Positions 56,054 to 64,000 of a stretch of DNA of 64,000 nt are shown here, piece by piece. The DNA comes from Firmicutes bacterium UBA3943 (lineage in GTDB: Bacteria; Bacillota; UBA4882; UBA10575; UBA3943), in the NCBI GenBank assembly GCA_002385625.1, contig DGDV01000018.1, positions 16,570 to 80,569 on the forward strand, read 5' to 3'. How positions within the stretch are numbered: the stretch's first letter is position 1; every line of letters begins with the position of its first letter. Below the pieces are notes generated by a model that did no database searches, had not been told where the DNA came from, and saw only the letters and a program-made list of their open reading frames with translations. A program made the position numbers and the translations under genes.

Positions 56054-56545
56054 ATGTCGTTCCAGCATATTGACTCCTTTGTTAAAGCAGCGTATACGGT
56101 GATTGAATCCATGCTGAATCCCGACGTTTCAGCAGGAAGACCCTTCTTTAATGAGGAGCCTTTGGAGAAATACGATATCTTGGTATTGGTGGGCGTGTTG
56201 GGAGATCTTCAGGGACAGGTTATTTGCGGTATGTCGACGGAAACCGCCAAAAAGATCATCTCCCGGATGATGTGTATGGAAGTTGATGACATCAACGAAA
56301 TGGGAATGAGCGCCATCTGTGAATTGAAGAATATTATTGTGGGTACGGCGAGCACAAACCTGTCCATGCTGGGGTTCAATTGCAATATTACACCCCCCTT
56401 GTTTATTATGGACAAAAAAATCCCGGATTTTCTCAAGCATATCCATACGACGCTGGCCATTCCCATTATTACTCCCTTTGGTGAGTTGGATATTAATCTA
56501 TCCTTGAAAAAGGACGAGTTTGCTACCCCGAATGTAACGGCGTAA
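56054..56545 (+). CDS. Second CheX/CheC-family phosphatase-like protein
   Basis: S-x3-E-x2-N-x22-P signature (SAICELKN...ITPP); a paralog of the ORF at 25855. Confidence 0.7.
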   Translation: MSFQHIDSFVKAAYTVIESMLNPDVSAGRPFFNEEPLEKYDILVLVGVLGDLQGQVICGMSTETAKKIISRMMCMEVDDINEMGMSAICELKNIIVGTASTNLSMLGFNCNITPPLFIMDKKIPDFLKHIHTTLAIPIITPFGELDINLSLKKDEFATPNVTA

Positions 56546-56602
56546 AACAGGGCGAAAGGGTAGATACTAAGGGCACTGTCCGCCAACTTCGGAGGTGATA
56601 TT

Positions 56603-56869
56603 ATGGGAGAGCAGTCCAATGAAGCAACCATGCGGTTTTCACCAAAAGAAATTGAGATGACGGAGGTCCGTCTGATCCTGCGCCAGGTCTGTAATGCATT
56701 GAAGGATAAAGGCTATGATCCCCTGGATCAGGTGGTGGGATACCTTTTGTCGGGTGATCCGGCATATATTACCAACCACGGTAATGCCCGGGTTTTAATC
56801 CGGCGGTTGGACAGAGACCAGATCCTTGAAGAATTGGTCCGATTTTATCTTGACGGGGAAGGGGTTTGA
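56603..56869 (+). CDS. IreB-family regulatory phosphoprotein (UPF0297)
   Basis: GYDPLDQVVGYLLSGDPAYITNHGNAR motif; about 88 aa. Confidence 0.85.
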   Translation: MGEQSNEATMRFSPKEIEMTEVRLILRQVCNALKDKGYDPLDQVVGYLLSGDPAYITNHGNARVLIRRLDRDQILEELVRFYLDGEGV

Positions 56870-58128
56870 ACTTGGATTGTTTAAGAATCCAGGGAGGGAA
56901 GCCGCTTTACGGAAGAATTACGATCAGCGGAGCCAAGAATAGTGCCTTGGCTCTTATTGTCGGTGCCGCCCTTGGCGAAGAGCCGGTGGTATTAGAAAAC
57001 ATCCCGGACAATACCGATGTCCATGTAATTTTCGACCTGCTCCGGGAGGTTGGCGTCACAGTTCAATCGCTGGATAAGGGGAAGTGGTCCGTTGACGGAT
57101 CAACCCTGAACTCCAGTAAAGCCTCGTATGAACTGGCGCGAAAGTTGCGGGCTTCCTTTTATTTGGCCGGACTTTTGTTGGCCAAACGCCATGAGGCTGT
57201 GGTGCCGCTGCCCGGCGGGTGTTTTCTGGGTCCGCGGCCGGTGGACTTTCATTTAAAGGGTTTCCAGGCCTTCGGGGCTGAGGTGGCCATTGAGCACGGT
57301 TGTATGATAGGCAAAATCACCAAGCCGCAAGGGACCAGGTTTTTCATTAACCGGTCCAGTATGGGTACAACCGTTAATTTGCTTTACTTGGCAGTGCTGA
57401 CGCCTGGGACCACGATTCTGGAGAATGCTGCGAAGGAACCGGAGATTGTGGATTTGGCGGTCATGCTCAACTGTATGGGGGCGAAGATCCGGGGTGCAGG
57501 GACCGACGTTATTCGTGTGCAGGGCGTAAAAAGCCTGCATGGGACCGATTATTCCATTATTCCCGACCGGATTGAAGCAGGTACTTATATGGCGATGGTT
57601 GCCGCCACAGGCGGTGATGTGACCTTGGAAAATGTTATGAGCGAACATATCCGGGCCACCATCACAAAACTGCGGGAGGTCGGGGCCGAGATCGAGGAGG
57701 GAGAAACCTCCGTCAGGATTCAGATGGAGGGGCGTCCGAAGGCAACTGATATTGAAACCGCTCCTTATCCAGGATTTCCCACTGATATGCAGCAACCGAT
57801 AGGTGCCTTGTTGGTGAGCGCTGATGGTACCAGCGTGATTCGGGAGACCGTTTATGAGAGCAGGTTTAATTACCTTAATGAACTGGTCAGGATGGGGGCG
57901 GATGTCCGGTTTGAACGGGACCGGGCTATCATTAAAGGCATCGAACGCCTGTCGGGGGCGCCTGTTGAGGCCTTTGACCTGCGGGCCGGGGCGGCAATGG
58001 TGCTTGCTGGCTTATCTGCTGAAGGTGAAACAGTAGTATCGCAAGTGGACAGGATTGACCGGGGCTATGAAAAAATTGAAGAAAAATTAACGGCGGTGGG
58101 AGCTGTTATTTGTCGGGAGTCGGTCTGA
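56866..58128 (+). CDS. murA: UDP-N-acetylglucosamine 1-carboxyvinyltransferase
   Basis: ISGAKNSALALI N-terminus, length and inside-out alpha/beta repeats typical of MurA, PGFPTDMQ motif. TTG start overlapping the upstream stop. Confidence 0.93.
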   Translation: MNLDCLRIQGGKPLYGRITISGAKNSALALIVGAALGEEPVVLENIPDNTDVHVIFDLLREVGVTVQSLDKGKWSVDGSTLNSSKASYELARKLRASFYLAGLLLAKRHEAVVPLPGGCFLGPRPVDFHLKGFQAFGAEVAIEHGCMIGKITKPQGTRFFINRSSMGTTVNLLYLAVLTPGTTILENAAKEPEIVDLAVMLNCMGAKIRGAGTDVIRVQGVKSLHGTDYSIIPDRIEAGTYMAMVAATGGDVTLENVMSEHIRATITKLREVGAEIEEGETSVRIQMEGRPKATDIETAPYPGFPTDMQQPIGALLVSADGTSVIRETVYESRFNYLNELVRMGADVRFERDRAIIKGIERLSGAPVEAFDLRAGAAMVLAGLSAEGETVVSQVDRIDRGYEKIEEKLTAVGAVICRESV

Positions 58129-58156
58129 GTTTGGACGGGTTTTTTGTAAAATCGAG

Positions 58157-59107
58157 GTGGTAAAGGTGGCCAAAAAAATTAAGTATCTTGTGCCGGCAGT
58201 GCTGTTGTTCTGTGTGGGCTGGAGCTACCGGATGCCGTCATACCTAAATCCGGGTGTTTACCAATTGTCCCCGCGAACCACCTGGTCTTCACTGCCGGCT
58301 TCTGCTTTTAAACTGGTTAAGGATGATATTTCCTCCGCCGAACCCAAGGATCTTAAGGCCGCACCACAGATCAAAGCTGGTCAGAAGGCTGTTTACGCCT
58401 CCTTCACCTTGGGTAATGCGGGGCAAAAAGTGAATTACCTTGCGATTTTGGATGAAAAGGCAAAATGGCAAAGCTTGTATGTGGATGTTAACGGTGATAA
58501 CTGCTTTGATGAGCAGGACCGGGTGGACCTTTCTTTCGAGGAGCAAGTCCGGGGAAACCGTCTCAAATATACAATTGAGCCTGTTGTTATTCCCGTCTCC
58601 TACAAAAATTCGGCGGGCCGGATCATCCGGAAGAAGCTCCAGGTTGATATTTATTTATTTTATAACCCCAATAACAGTCTTGTGGAAACGATGCATCGCG
58701 TGGTTACCTGGTTTGAGGGGGAAGGACGCTTTTCTCCGAAAAAAGGCCTGGAATATCCGGTCCGGTTTGCCCTGGTGGATCTAAACGGTGACGGGAATTT
58801 TAACAATTTCAGTGAAGACGCCGTTTATATTGATCTTAACTACGACGGGGTCTTTGGTCAAAGGGAAAGGGTGACATTCAGAGCTTTATTTGATCTGCAA
58901 ACTGCCACCGGTGAGAATAAGCAATACCGGCAGTATGTCTTCCCCTGGCCCTACCGGCTGGCGGTTGTTCCGGTAGCTGAGTGGGAAAGCAGCAGTTTTT
59001 ACGATCCGGTTGATGATGCGGAATTCCCGGTAGAAACGGTGAACCCTCCCGCCGTAGCTGAACCGGGCGCCGATAAAGAGGCATTGCCCAGGGGGGTGAA
59101 AAAGTGA
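58157..59107 (+). CDS. Hypothetical membrane-anchored protein with DxDxDG-type loops (paralog A)
   Basis: Signal anchor (YLVPAVLLFCVGW); loops VDVNGDNCFDEQD, VDLNGDGNFNNF, IDLNYDGVFG. Confidence 0.55.
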   Translation: MVKVAKKIKYLVPAVLLFCVGWSYRMPSYLNPGVYQLSPRTTWSSLPASAFKLVKDDISSAEPKDLKAAPQIKAGQKAVYASFTLGNAGQKVNYLAILDEKAKWQSLYVDVNGDNCFDEQDRVDLSFEEQVRGNRLKYTIEPVVIPVSYKNSAGRIIRKKLQVDIYLFYNPNNSLVETMHRVVTWFEGEGRFSPKKGLEYPVRFALVDLNGDGNFNNFSEDAVYIDLNYDGVFGQRERVTFRALFDLQTATGENKQYRQYVFPWPYRLAVVPVAEWESSSFYDPVDDAEFPVETVNPPAVAEPGADKEALPRGVKK

Positions 59108-59946
59108 AGCGCCGTTGGCTTATTTTCTTGGTTTTCGGGTTGTTGTTTGCCATAGGCGCCGGTAATCGGCCGGTGCTAACACCTGGGATCTATCCGGTTC
59201 AACCGGGCGGGAACGGTTGGGATCAGGTAGTCTTTGATAAGAAGTCGAATTATCGTCCCGGCATCAAATATTTCACCGCGATTCAGCCCAGCGATGTCCG
59301 TTTGGAACTCCCGAAAGAACGGTTTGCCTCCTTCAGTTTCGGCCGTTTTTCCCTGGGAAGCGCAGGAACCGAGTATACCATGGTTATTGGCAGTCAAAAC
59401 AGGTACTTCTTTGATACTTTATATATCGATCTGGACCGGGATGGGGTAATTACCGCCCGGGAAGAGGTGAAGATGAACGAACGACAAAGTGTTGCCCTGG
59501 GGTATACGGTGCAGGAGTTGGATGCCGAAGCCAGGTTGACGGTGGCCTACCGAACCTCAACGGGCAAGATCGTTGAACATCCCTTGGATATTCGCCTCAT
59601 CTTTTACTACGGGAAATTCTCTGATGAACCCATGGTCTTTTATATGGTCCAGAATACCACCTTTCTTCAGGGGACGGGTCTTTTGAACGGAAAGCCGCTC
59701 TCATTTGCCCTTGTGGATGGTGATGGCAACGGCCGGTACAATGATTGGGGTGATGACTTCCTTTTTTATGACAAAAACGGAGACGGAAAGTATCACTTTG
59801 GCAAGGAGAGTCAGGTACTTAACCCCTTGCATGACTTGAAGATCGGGCAGAACAACGGGATCTACCGCCTTATTGTTCCGGTGTTCCCGGCGAAGATTGG
59901 ACTGATTGCTGCCGATGCTGATTACAAAATGGCGGACTTTGAATAA
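59104..59946 (+). CDS. Hypothetical membrane-anchored protein with DxDxDG-type loops (paralog B)
   Basis: Signal anchor (WLIFLVFGLLFAIGA); loops IDLDRDGVITARE, VDGDGNGRYNDW, YDKNGDGKYHF. Colinear similarity to the upstream ORF and a GTGA start-stop overlap. Confidence 0.55.
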   Translation: MKRRWLIFLVFGLLFAIGAGNRPVLTPGIYPVQPGGNGWDQVVFDKKSNYRPGIKYFTAIQPSDVRLELPKERFASFSFGRFSLGSAGTEYTMVIGSQNRYFFDTLYIDLDRDGVITAREEVKMNERQSVALGYTVQELDAEARLTVAYRTSTGKIVEHPLDIRLIFYYGKFSDEPMVFYMVQNTTFLQGTGLLNGKPLSFALVDGDGNGRYNDWGDDFLFYDKNGDGKYHFGKESQVLNPLHDLKIGQNNGIYRLIVPVFPAKIGLIAADADYKMADFE

Positions 59947-60023
59947 AAAAAGTACAAACATCCGGTTCCGGGCAGGCGTTTTCTTTGACTGGAACAAGGA
60001 TTGTCAAGGAAGGGAGAAGGTCC

Positions 60024-60890
60024 TTGCAAAAGGTACGGATTGTGACGGACAGTGCAGCCGATTTACCCAAAGCGGTCCGGGAAGCGGAAGGGATTGCCAT
60101 GCTTCCCATGCAAATAACCTTTGGTGATGAAGAGTTCCGGGATGGTGTGGATTTAAGCACGGCAGAATTTTACCGCCGTCTGCGCGAGGGAAATATCCTG
60201 CCGAAGACGGCCCAACCCCTGGTGGCTGAAGTGGAGAAGGTCTTTCGGGAGTTGACCGCTGACGGGTCATCATTGGTTGTGCTCCACATGTCCTCCGGGC
60301 TTAGCGGTACCTATGCCACCTCCCTCATGTTGGCGGAGGAGTTGAAGGCGAAGGGGGCGGATATTCACGTGGTTGACAGCCTCTCTGCCTCTTTGGGCCA
60401 AGGTTTGTTGGTGCTGTCTGCCGCCAGGATGGCCCGGCAGGGGGCCACGTCCGGCGAGATCGTGGCGGATCTGGCCCGGCGCATTCCCCGGATAAATCAT
60501 TTGTTTATCCTTGATACCATTGAGTATTTACTCAAGGGCGGCCGGATTACAAAGACCGAGGCTGTCTTGGGAACCATTTTGGATGTTAAGCCCCAGCTTT
60601 ACATCAACAACGAAGGGCGGATCCTGGTCAAAGCGAAGGTGCGCGGTCGGAAACGTTCCATTGCCCAATTGCTGGAGGAAGTGGGCAAGCGGTTGACAGA
60701 TCCGTCCCGGCAGACAGTTGGTGTTGTCCATGCCGATTGCCCCGATGAGGCGGGAGAGTTGGTGGAGCAGGTTCGGCAGAGATTTGCGCCTGCTGAGATC
60801 ATTACCAGTGAGATGACGGCTACAGTGGGGACCCACGTGGGGCCGGGATTACTGGGGGTTGTTTTTGAAAGTGATCTGGGGCGTGGATAA
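60024..60890 (+). CDS. DegV-family fatty-acid-binding protein
   Basis: VRIVTDSAADLP N-terminus and DegV-like length. TTG at 60024 follows GGAAGGGAGAAGG. Confidence 0.88.
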   Translation: MQKVRIVTDSAADLPKAVREAEGIAMLPMQITFGDEEFRDGVDLSTAEFYRRLREGNILPKTAQPLVAEVEKVFRELTADGSSLVVLHMSSGLSGTYATSLMLAEELKAKGADIHVVDSLSASLGQGLLVLSAARMARQGATSGEIVADLARRIPRINHLFILDTIEYLLKGGRITKTEAVLGTILDVKPQLYINNEGRILVKAKVRGRKRSIAQLLEEVGKRLTDPSRQTVGVVHADCPDEAGELVEQVRQRFAPAEIITSEMTATVGTHVGPGLLGVVFESDLGRG

Positions 60891-60913
60891 GAAACGCCGG
60901 TAATAAACGGTGC

Positions 60914-60947
60914 AGGAGGCAGCTGATTGACTGCCTCCTTTCTTGTT
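60914..60947 (+). terminator. Rho-independent terminator after degV
   Basis: AGGAGGCAG / CTGCCTCCT 9-bp stem followed by a T-rich run. Confidence 0.8.
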
Positions 60948-60966
60948 CTCCATTTTTACTCCGGCA

Positions 60967-61812
60967 TTATTCTTCCGATGTGGCCGGAAAGTCGGGCTTG
61001 GACCGGAAGGCCGGTATCGTTACGGGTAAGCCGTGGCAGACTGATCCTAATGTATCGGCGCGCAGTCCCAGCCGGAGGGCCTCCAGGGCAATGACGTTAT
61101 CCGCCGGTATATTGCCCAGATTGACATTGGGGCCAAAACTGTTGATCAGGATCTTTTGCTGCACCTTCAGGGGGGCTTCCCAAAGAATCTTCTCAACGGG
61201 CGCGGCCTGAACGACTTTTGCCAACTCCTCTTCGATGATCCCGCCGTCCTGATCATAGATCCCCACGCCTTTGCCTGATTCTCGGGCTTCAATGATCACC
61301 TTCTCGGCGCCGTTGGCCAGATCGGCCAAGATTGTCCCGGTGGCGACGGTCCGGGTCCGGGCCGGATCCTTCTTGCCAACTTCGCTGATCAACCGGAAGC
61401 CGTGTTTGCGGCAGAGATCGAAGAGGCGGTAACGGGTAAGGGCATTCATGGTAATTGTTCCATCGGAAACTTCAATCAGATCAAAACCAATGTCTTTGGC
61501 CCGGGAGAGAAATTCCCGGGTTTTTCCTTGGTAGACTGCGATCTCCAGCAGGGTTCCCCCAGGGAAGACACTGATGCCGTGATCCCGGATTATTTGTACT
61601 TTCTGTCTAAGTATTTCCTCGGGATAAAGGGCGGAGGTGCCAAAGGTCAGTTTGATCAGGTCAATATAATCGTCGGCGGTCTCTAGCAGAGATAAGGTAT
61701 CCGAGATTGGCAGGCCTTTATCGATGACCATGGTCCAGCCGGTATGGCGGGGTTTGGCAAGACGGGAAGTCAGCGGGGGTGTTAACACTCCGTTCCAGGC
61801 GTTAAGCGACAC
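60967..61812 (-). CDS. comA: Phosphosulfolactate synthase (ComA/YitD family)
   Basis: KPRHTGWTMVIDKGL, IDLIKLTFGTSAL and IEVSDGTI motifs typical of (2R)-phospho-3-sulfolactate synthase. Confidence 0.85.
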   Translation of the reverse strand: MSLNAWNGVLTPPLTSRLAKPRHTGWTMVIDKGLPISDTLSLLETADDYIDLIKLTFGTSALYPEEILRQKVQIIRDHGISVFPGGTLLEIAVYQGKTREFLSRAKDIGFDLIEVSDGTITMNALTRYRLFDLCRKHGFRLISEVGKKDPARTRTVATGTILADLANGAEKVIIEARESGKGVGIYDQDGGIIEEELAKVVQAAPVEKILWEAPLKVQQKILINSFGPNVNLGNIPADNVIALEALRLGLRADTLGSVCHGLPVTIPAFRSKPDFPATSEE

Positions 61813-61846
61813 AGTATATCCCTCCCTAAGGTTTTCAGCATAGTTT

Positions 61847-62383
61847 ATGCTGGGAAGATTGGGGAGTGATTGCGCATGTTTGGCGCGGTTGGTTAATAGG
61901 TATAGACAAGGGAGGGATTGGCTGACGGTTCACGATAACCTCTTAATCCTGATGATCATGGGGTTGGGTTTGGCCTTCAATAACAGGCTGATTACCGCCA
62001 GCGCCGGTTTGATCTTGGCCGTCAAGGCCATTCACTTGCAGTCATTATTAAGGCTAATTGACCGATGGGCCATGGAAATTGGTCTATTATGCATGTTAAT
62101 GGCGGTTTTGACCCCCTTTGCCCTGGAACGGGTGGGGATTGATGATATTTGGGCGGCTTTTCGTACTTCCTCCGGCCTGCTGGCAATTGCCGGGGGCATC
62201 ATCGCCGCCTATGTTTGCGGTCGGGGTGTGCTTCTTTTGCAACTTCGCCCGGAGGTTGTGGTGGGACTGGTGATTGGGACAGTCATCGGGGTTTCACTGT
62301 TTCGTGGCATACCGGTGGGACCATTGGCTGCGGCCGGGGTTACGGCCATGCTGCTAAATTTGTTGGGAGTCGGGGGGAAATAA
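61847..62383 (+). CDS. DUF441/UPF0756 family membrane protein (YtwI-like)
   Basis: Four TM helices, C-terminal VIGVSLFRGIPVGPL motif. The true start is probably downstream of 61847. Confidence 0.6.
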   Translation: MLGRLGSDCACLARLVNRYRQGRDWLTVHDNLLILMIMGLGLAFNNRLITASAGLILAVKAIHLQSLLRLIDRWAMEIGLLCMLMAVLTPFALERVGIDDIWAAFRTSSGLLAIAGGIIAAYVCGRGVLLLQLRPEVVVGLVIGTVIGVSLFRGIPVGPLAAAGVTAMLLNLLGVGGK

Positions 62384-62391
62384 GGACGGTG

Positions 62392-62652
62392 ATGGGAGAA
62401 AAGATGGTGGTAAATATGGCGTTGGTGCGGGTAATCTCGGGATTACTGGAAATTGGTGCAGCCATGGCCATCATCCGCTTGGGCCGGATCGAAACGGCTT
62501 TGCGGATTAATGCATTTTTAGGGCTGATTGGTCCCCTAGTCTTCCTGGCGGTAAGTGCTTTGGGCCTGGTGGCAGTGGCGGTTCGTTTAATTCCTTGGAA
62601 GGTGGCATTGCTTATTCTTGGTTTGATCTTGGTGTTGATCGGTACGAAGTAG
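62392..62652 (+). CDS. Small membrane protein, YqhV-like (DUF2619)
   Basis: About 86 aa, three TM helices (RVISGLLEIGAAMAIIRL...). Internal ATG of the longer track ORF. Confidence 0.55.
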   Translation: MGEKMVVNMALVRVISGLLEIGAAMAIIRLGRIETALRINAFLGLIGPLVFLAVSALGLVAVAVRLIPWKVALLILGLILVLIGTK

Positions 62653-62670
62653 GGACGGGGGGACGGAGAA

Positions 62671-63948
62671 ATGCAGGCTGTCTTTGTTGTGCGCAAAGGG
62701 CGGACCCTATTGCTGGCTGTAGGTGGAGTCTTGGTGACCCTCGCCTTGGTGACATTCCCGGAAGAGGGACTGCAGGCTGCGAAAGACGGTTTAAAGGTCT
62801 TTTGGGAGATTGTCCTTCCCTCCTTATTTCCATTTTTTGTCCTTTCCGAGCTCCTTTTGGGCCTGGGAGTGGTGCATTGTCTGGGGGTGATCTTGGAACC
62901 CATTATGCGGCCCTTTTTTAATGTGCCGGGTGTGGGGGCCTTTGCCTTGTCCATGGGCCTGGCCGCCGGTTATCCCATGGACGCCGTGATCACTGCGAAA
63001 TTTCGGAGGAGTGGTTTGTGCACAAGAACGGAAGGCGAACGCCTTTTGGCCTTTACCAATACGGCAGATCCCCTTTTTATGTTCGGAGCGGTGGCGGTGG
63101 GGATGTTCGGCAATGTGCGATTGGGGGCCTTAATCGCCACCGCCCATTATCTTTCTGCCTTTTCCGTGGGTTTTCTCTTCAGGTTTTACGGAGAAAGAAA
63201 GCTTGGCCAAGACCGGAGCATTTCCGAGGCTTCTCCCCGGGAAGGAGTCTTTAAACGGGCCTTGTACGCCCTGTATAAGGCGCGCCAGGAGGATGGCCGG
63301 CCGGTGGGGCAGTTATTGGGCGATGCGGTGAAAGAGTCCATGGCCACAATCTTTATGATTGGCGGATTTATTATGCTCTTTGCGGTCTTGGTCAGAATAT
63401 TGACGGCCATAGGTGTGATGGCGCTGATTACACCGGTGGTTTCCGGTTTATTGCGCCTCTTTGGACTGGATCCGGGGCTGGCCGGTTCCTTGCTCCAAGG
63501 GTTGTTGGAGATTGATCTGGGTTGTATGGCGGTGGCTCGGACCACGGCGCCCCTCAGCCATAAAATGATCCTGGTCAGTTCCATCATCGCTTGGAGTGGT
63601 TTGTCCGTCCATGGGCAAGTCGCCAGTGTGGTCCATGGCACTGATATTCGCTTGTTGCCGTATCTGGTTGCCCGGGTCCTGCATGCATTGTTAGCCGGCT
63701 TGTACACGCTGTTATTATTAAAACCCATGGCTATTGTCACGGGAGCGCTGCCACTGGCAATAACATATACACCCTTAGGCGGGCTTCGCCGTGTCGTCCT
63801 GACCGGACGGCAACTGGCGGTGATTGTTGGTAGCCTGCTTTTGCTGGCTGGGTTCAATTATTTGCGGCAAAAGTTTGTCTTAGTAAAAGAAAGAGGGGGA
63901 TGCCTCTGTTCCCGGCCGTCAGAGACGGCCAAGGGGGAAAACCGCTAA
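62671..63948 (+). CDS. ylbJ: Sporulation integral membrane protein YlbJ (nucleoside-recognition/Gate domains)
   Basis: Polytopic; WEIVLPSLFPFFVLSELL..LEPIMRPFFNVPG..SMGLAAGYPMDA. Confidence 0.85.
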   Translation: MQAVFVVRKGRTLLLAVGGVLVTLALVTFPEEGLQAAKDGLKVFWEIVLPSLFPFFVLSELLLGLGVVHCLGVILEPIMRPFFNVPGVGAFALSMGLAAGYPMDAVITAKFRRSGLCTRTEGERLLAFTNTADPLFMFGAVAVGMFGNVRLGALIATAHYLSAFSVGFLFRFYGERKLGQDRSISEASPREGVFKRALYALYKARQEDGRPVGQLLGDAVKESMATIFMIGGFIMLFAVLVRILTAIGVMALITPVVSGLLRLFGLDPGLAGSLLQGLLEIDLGCMAVARTTAPLSHKMILVSSIIAWSGLSVHGQVASVVHGTDIRLLPYLVARVLHALLAGLYTLLLLKPMAIVTGALPLAITYTPLGGLRRVVLTGRQLAVIVGSLLLLAGFNYLRQKFVLVKERGGCLCSRPSETAKGENR

Positions 63949-64000
63949 AACCATAAGGACAAAAAGATATCCGTCCCCGAAACTTGCGGAATTTATGTTA

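Noticed and set aside
1-64000. Searched by eye for CRISPR arrays, rRNA/tRNA genes, transposases, integrases, prophage genes and reverse transcriptases.
   Set aside because: I found no direct-repeat/spacer arrays, no tRNA-like cloverleaf regions in the intergenic gaps, and no ORFs with DDE, tyrosine/serine recombinase or RT motifs. A proper tRNAscan or Infernal run would be needed to be certain.

Overview
This looks like a chromosomal segment from a moderately GC-rich, endospore-forming Firmicute of the Clostridia type. The evidence is spo0A, spoIID, spoVS, ylbJ, stp/prkC and recA-recX-rny-ymdB. About 60 genes are tightly packed and mostly core functions. These cover translation and RNA modification (metG, rsmA, rlmN, rsgA, asnS, a pseudouridine synthase), cell wall (murB, murA, an L,D-transpeptidase, spoIID, galE), recombination and repair (cinA, recA, recX), biotin (birA, bioY), nitrogen metabolism (a large glutamine synthetase, asnA) and Ser/Thr signalling (FHA, PP2C, PASTA kinase, an IreB-like protein). 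I saw no rRNA, tRNA, CRISPR array, transposase or integrase. The one clearly accessory insertion lies at about 12.1-14.3 kb on the minus strand. It holds a 438-aa protein whose AT-rich C-terminus looks like an RNase A-like CdiA-CT-type toxin. A strongly coupled, small acidic CdiI-like immunity gene follows it. Eleven degenerate 21-bp tandem repeats that are open in two reading frames precede it. No known delivery domain or secretion system is visible, so this is my best candidate for an undescribed system. Secondary points of interest: a CheX-like / HD-GYP / PilZ-like::MinD-type ATPase operon; a pseudo-receiver fused to a degenerate GGDEF domain; a GC-rich orphan N6-adenine methyltransferase with a fused HsdS-like specificity domain, start-stop coupled to an ArgA-like GNAT; a secreted EEP-family phosphoesterase fused to an outer-membrane-like beta-barrel; two tandem paralogous membrane-anchored proteins with Ca-binding-like DxDxDG loops; and several small intergenic repeats. 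All calls come from reading the ORF translations and the DNA by eye. No database search was run.
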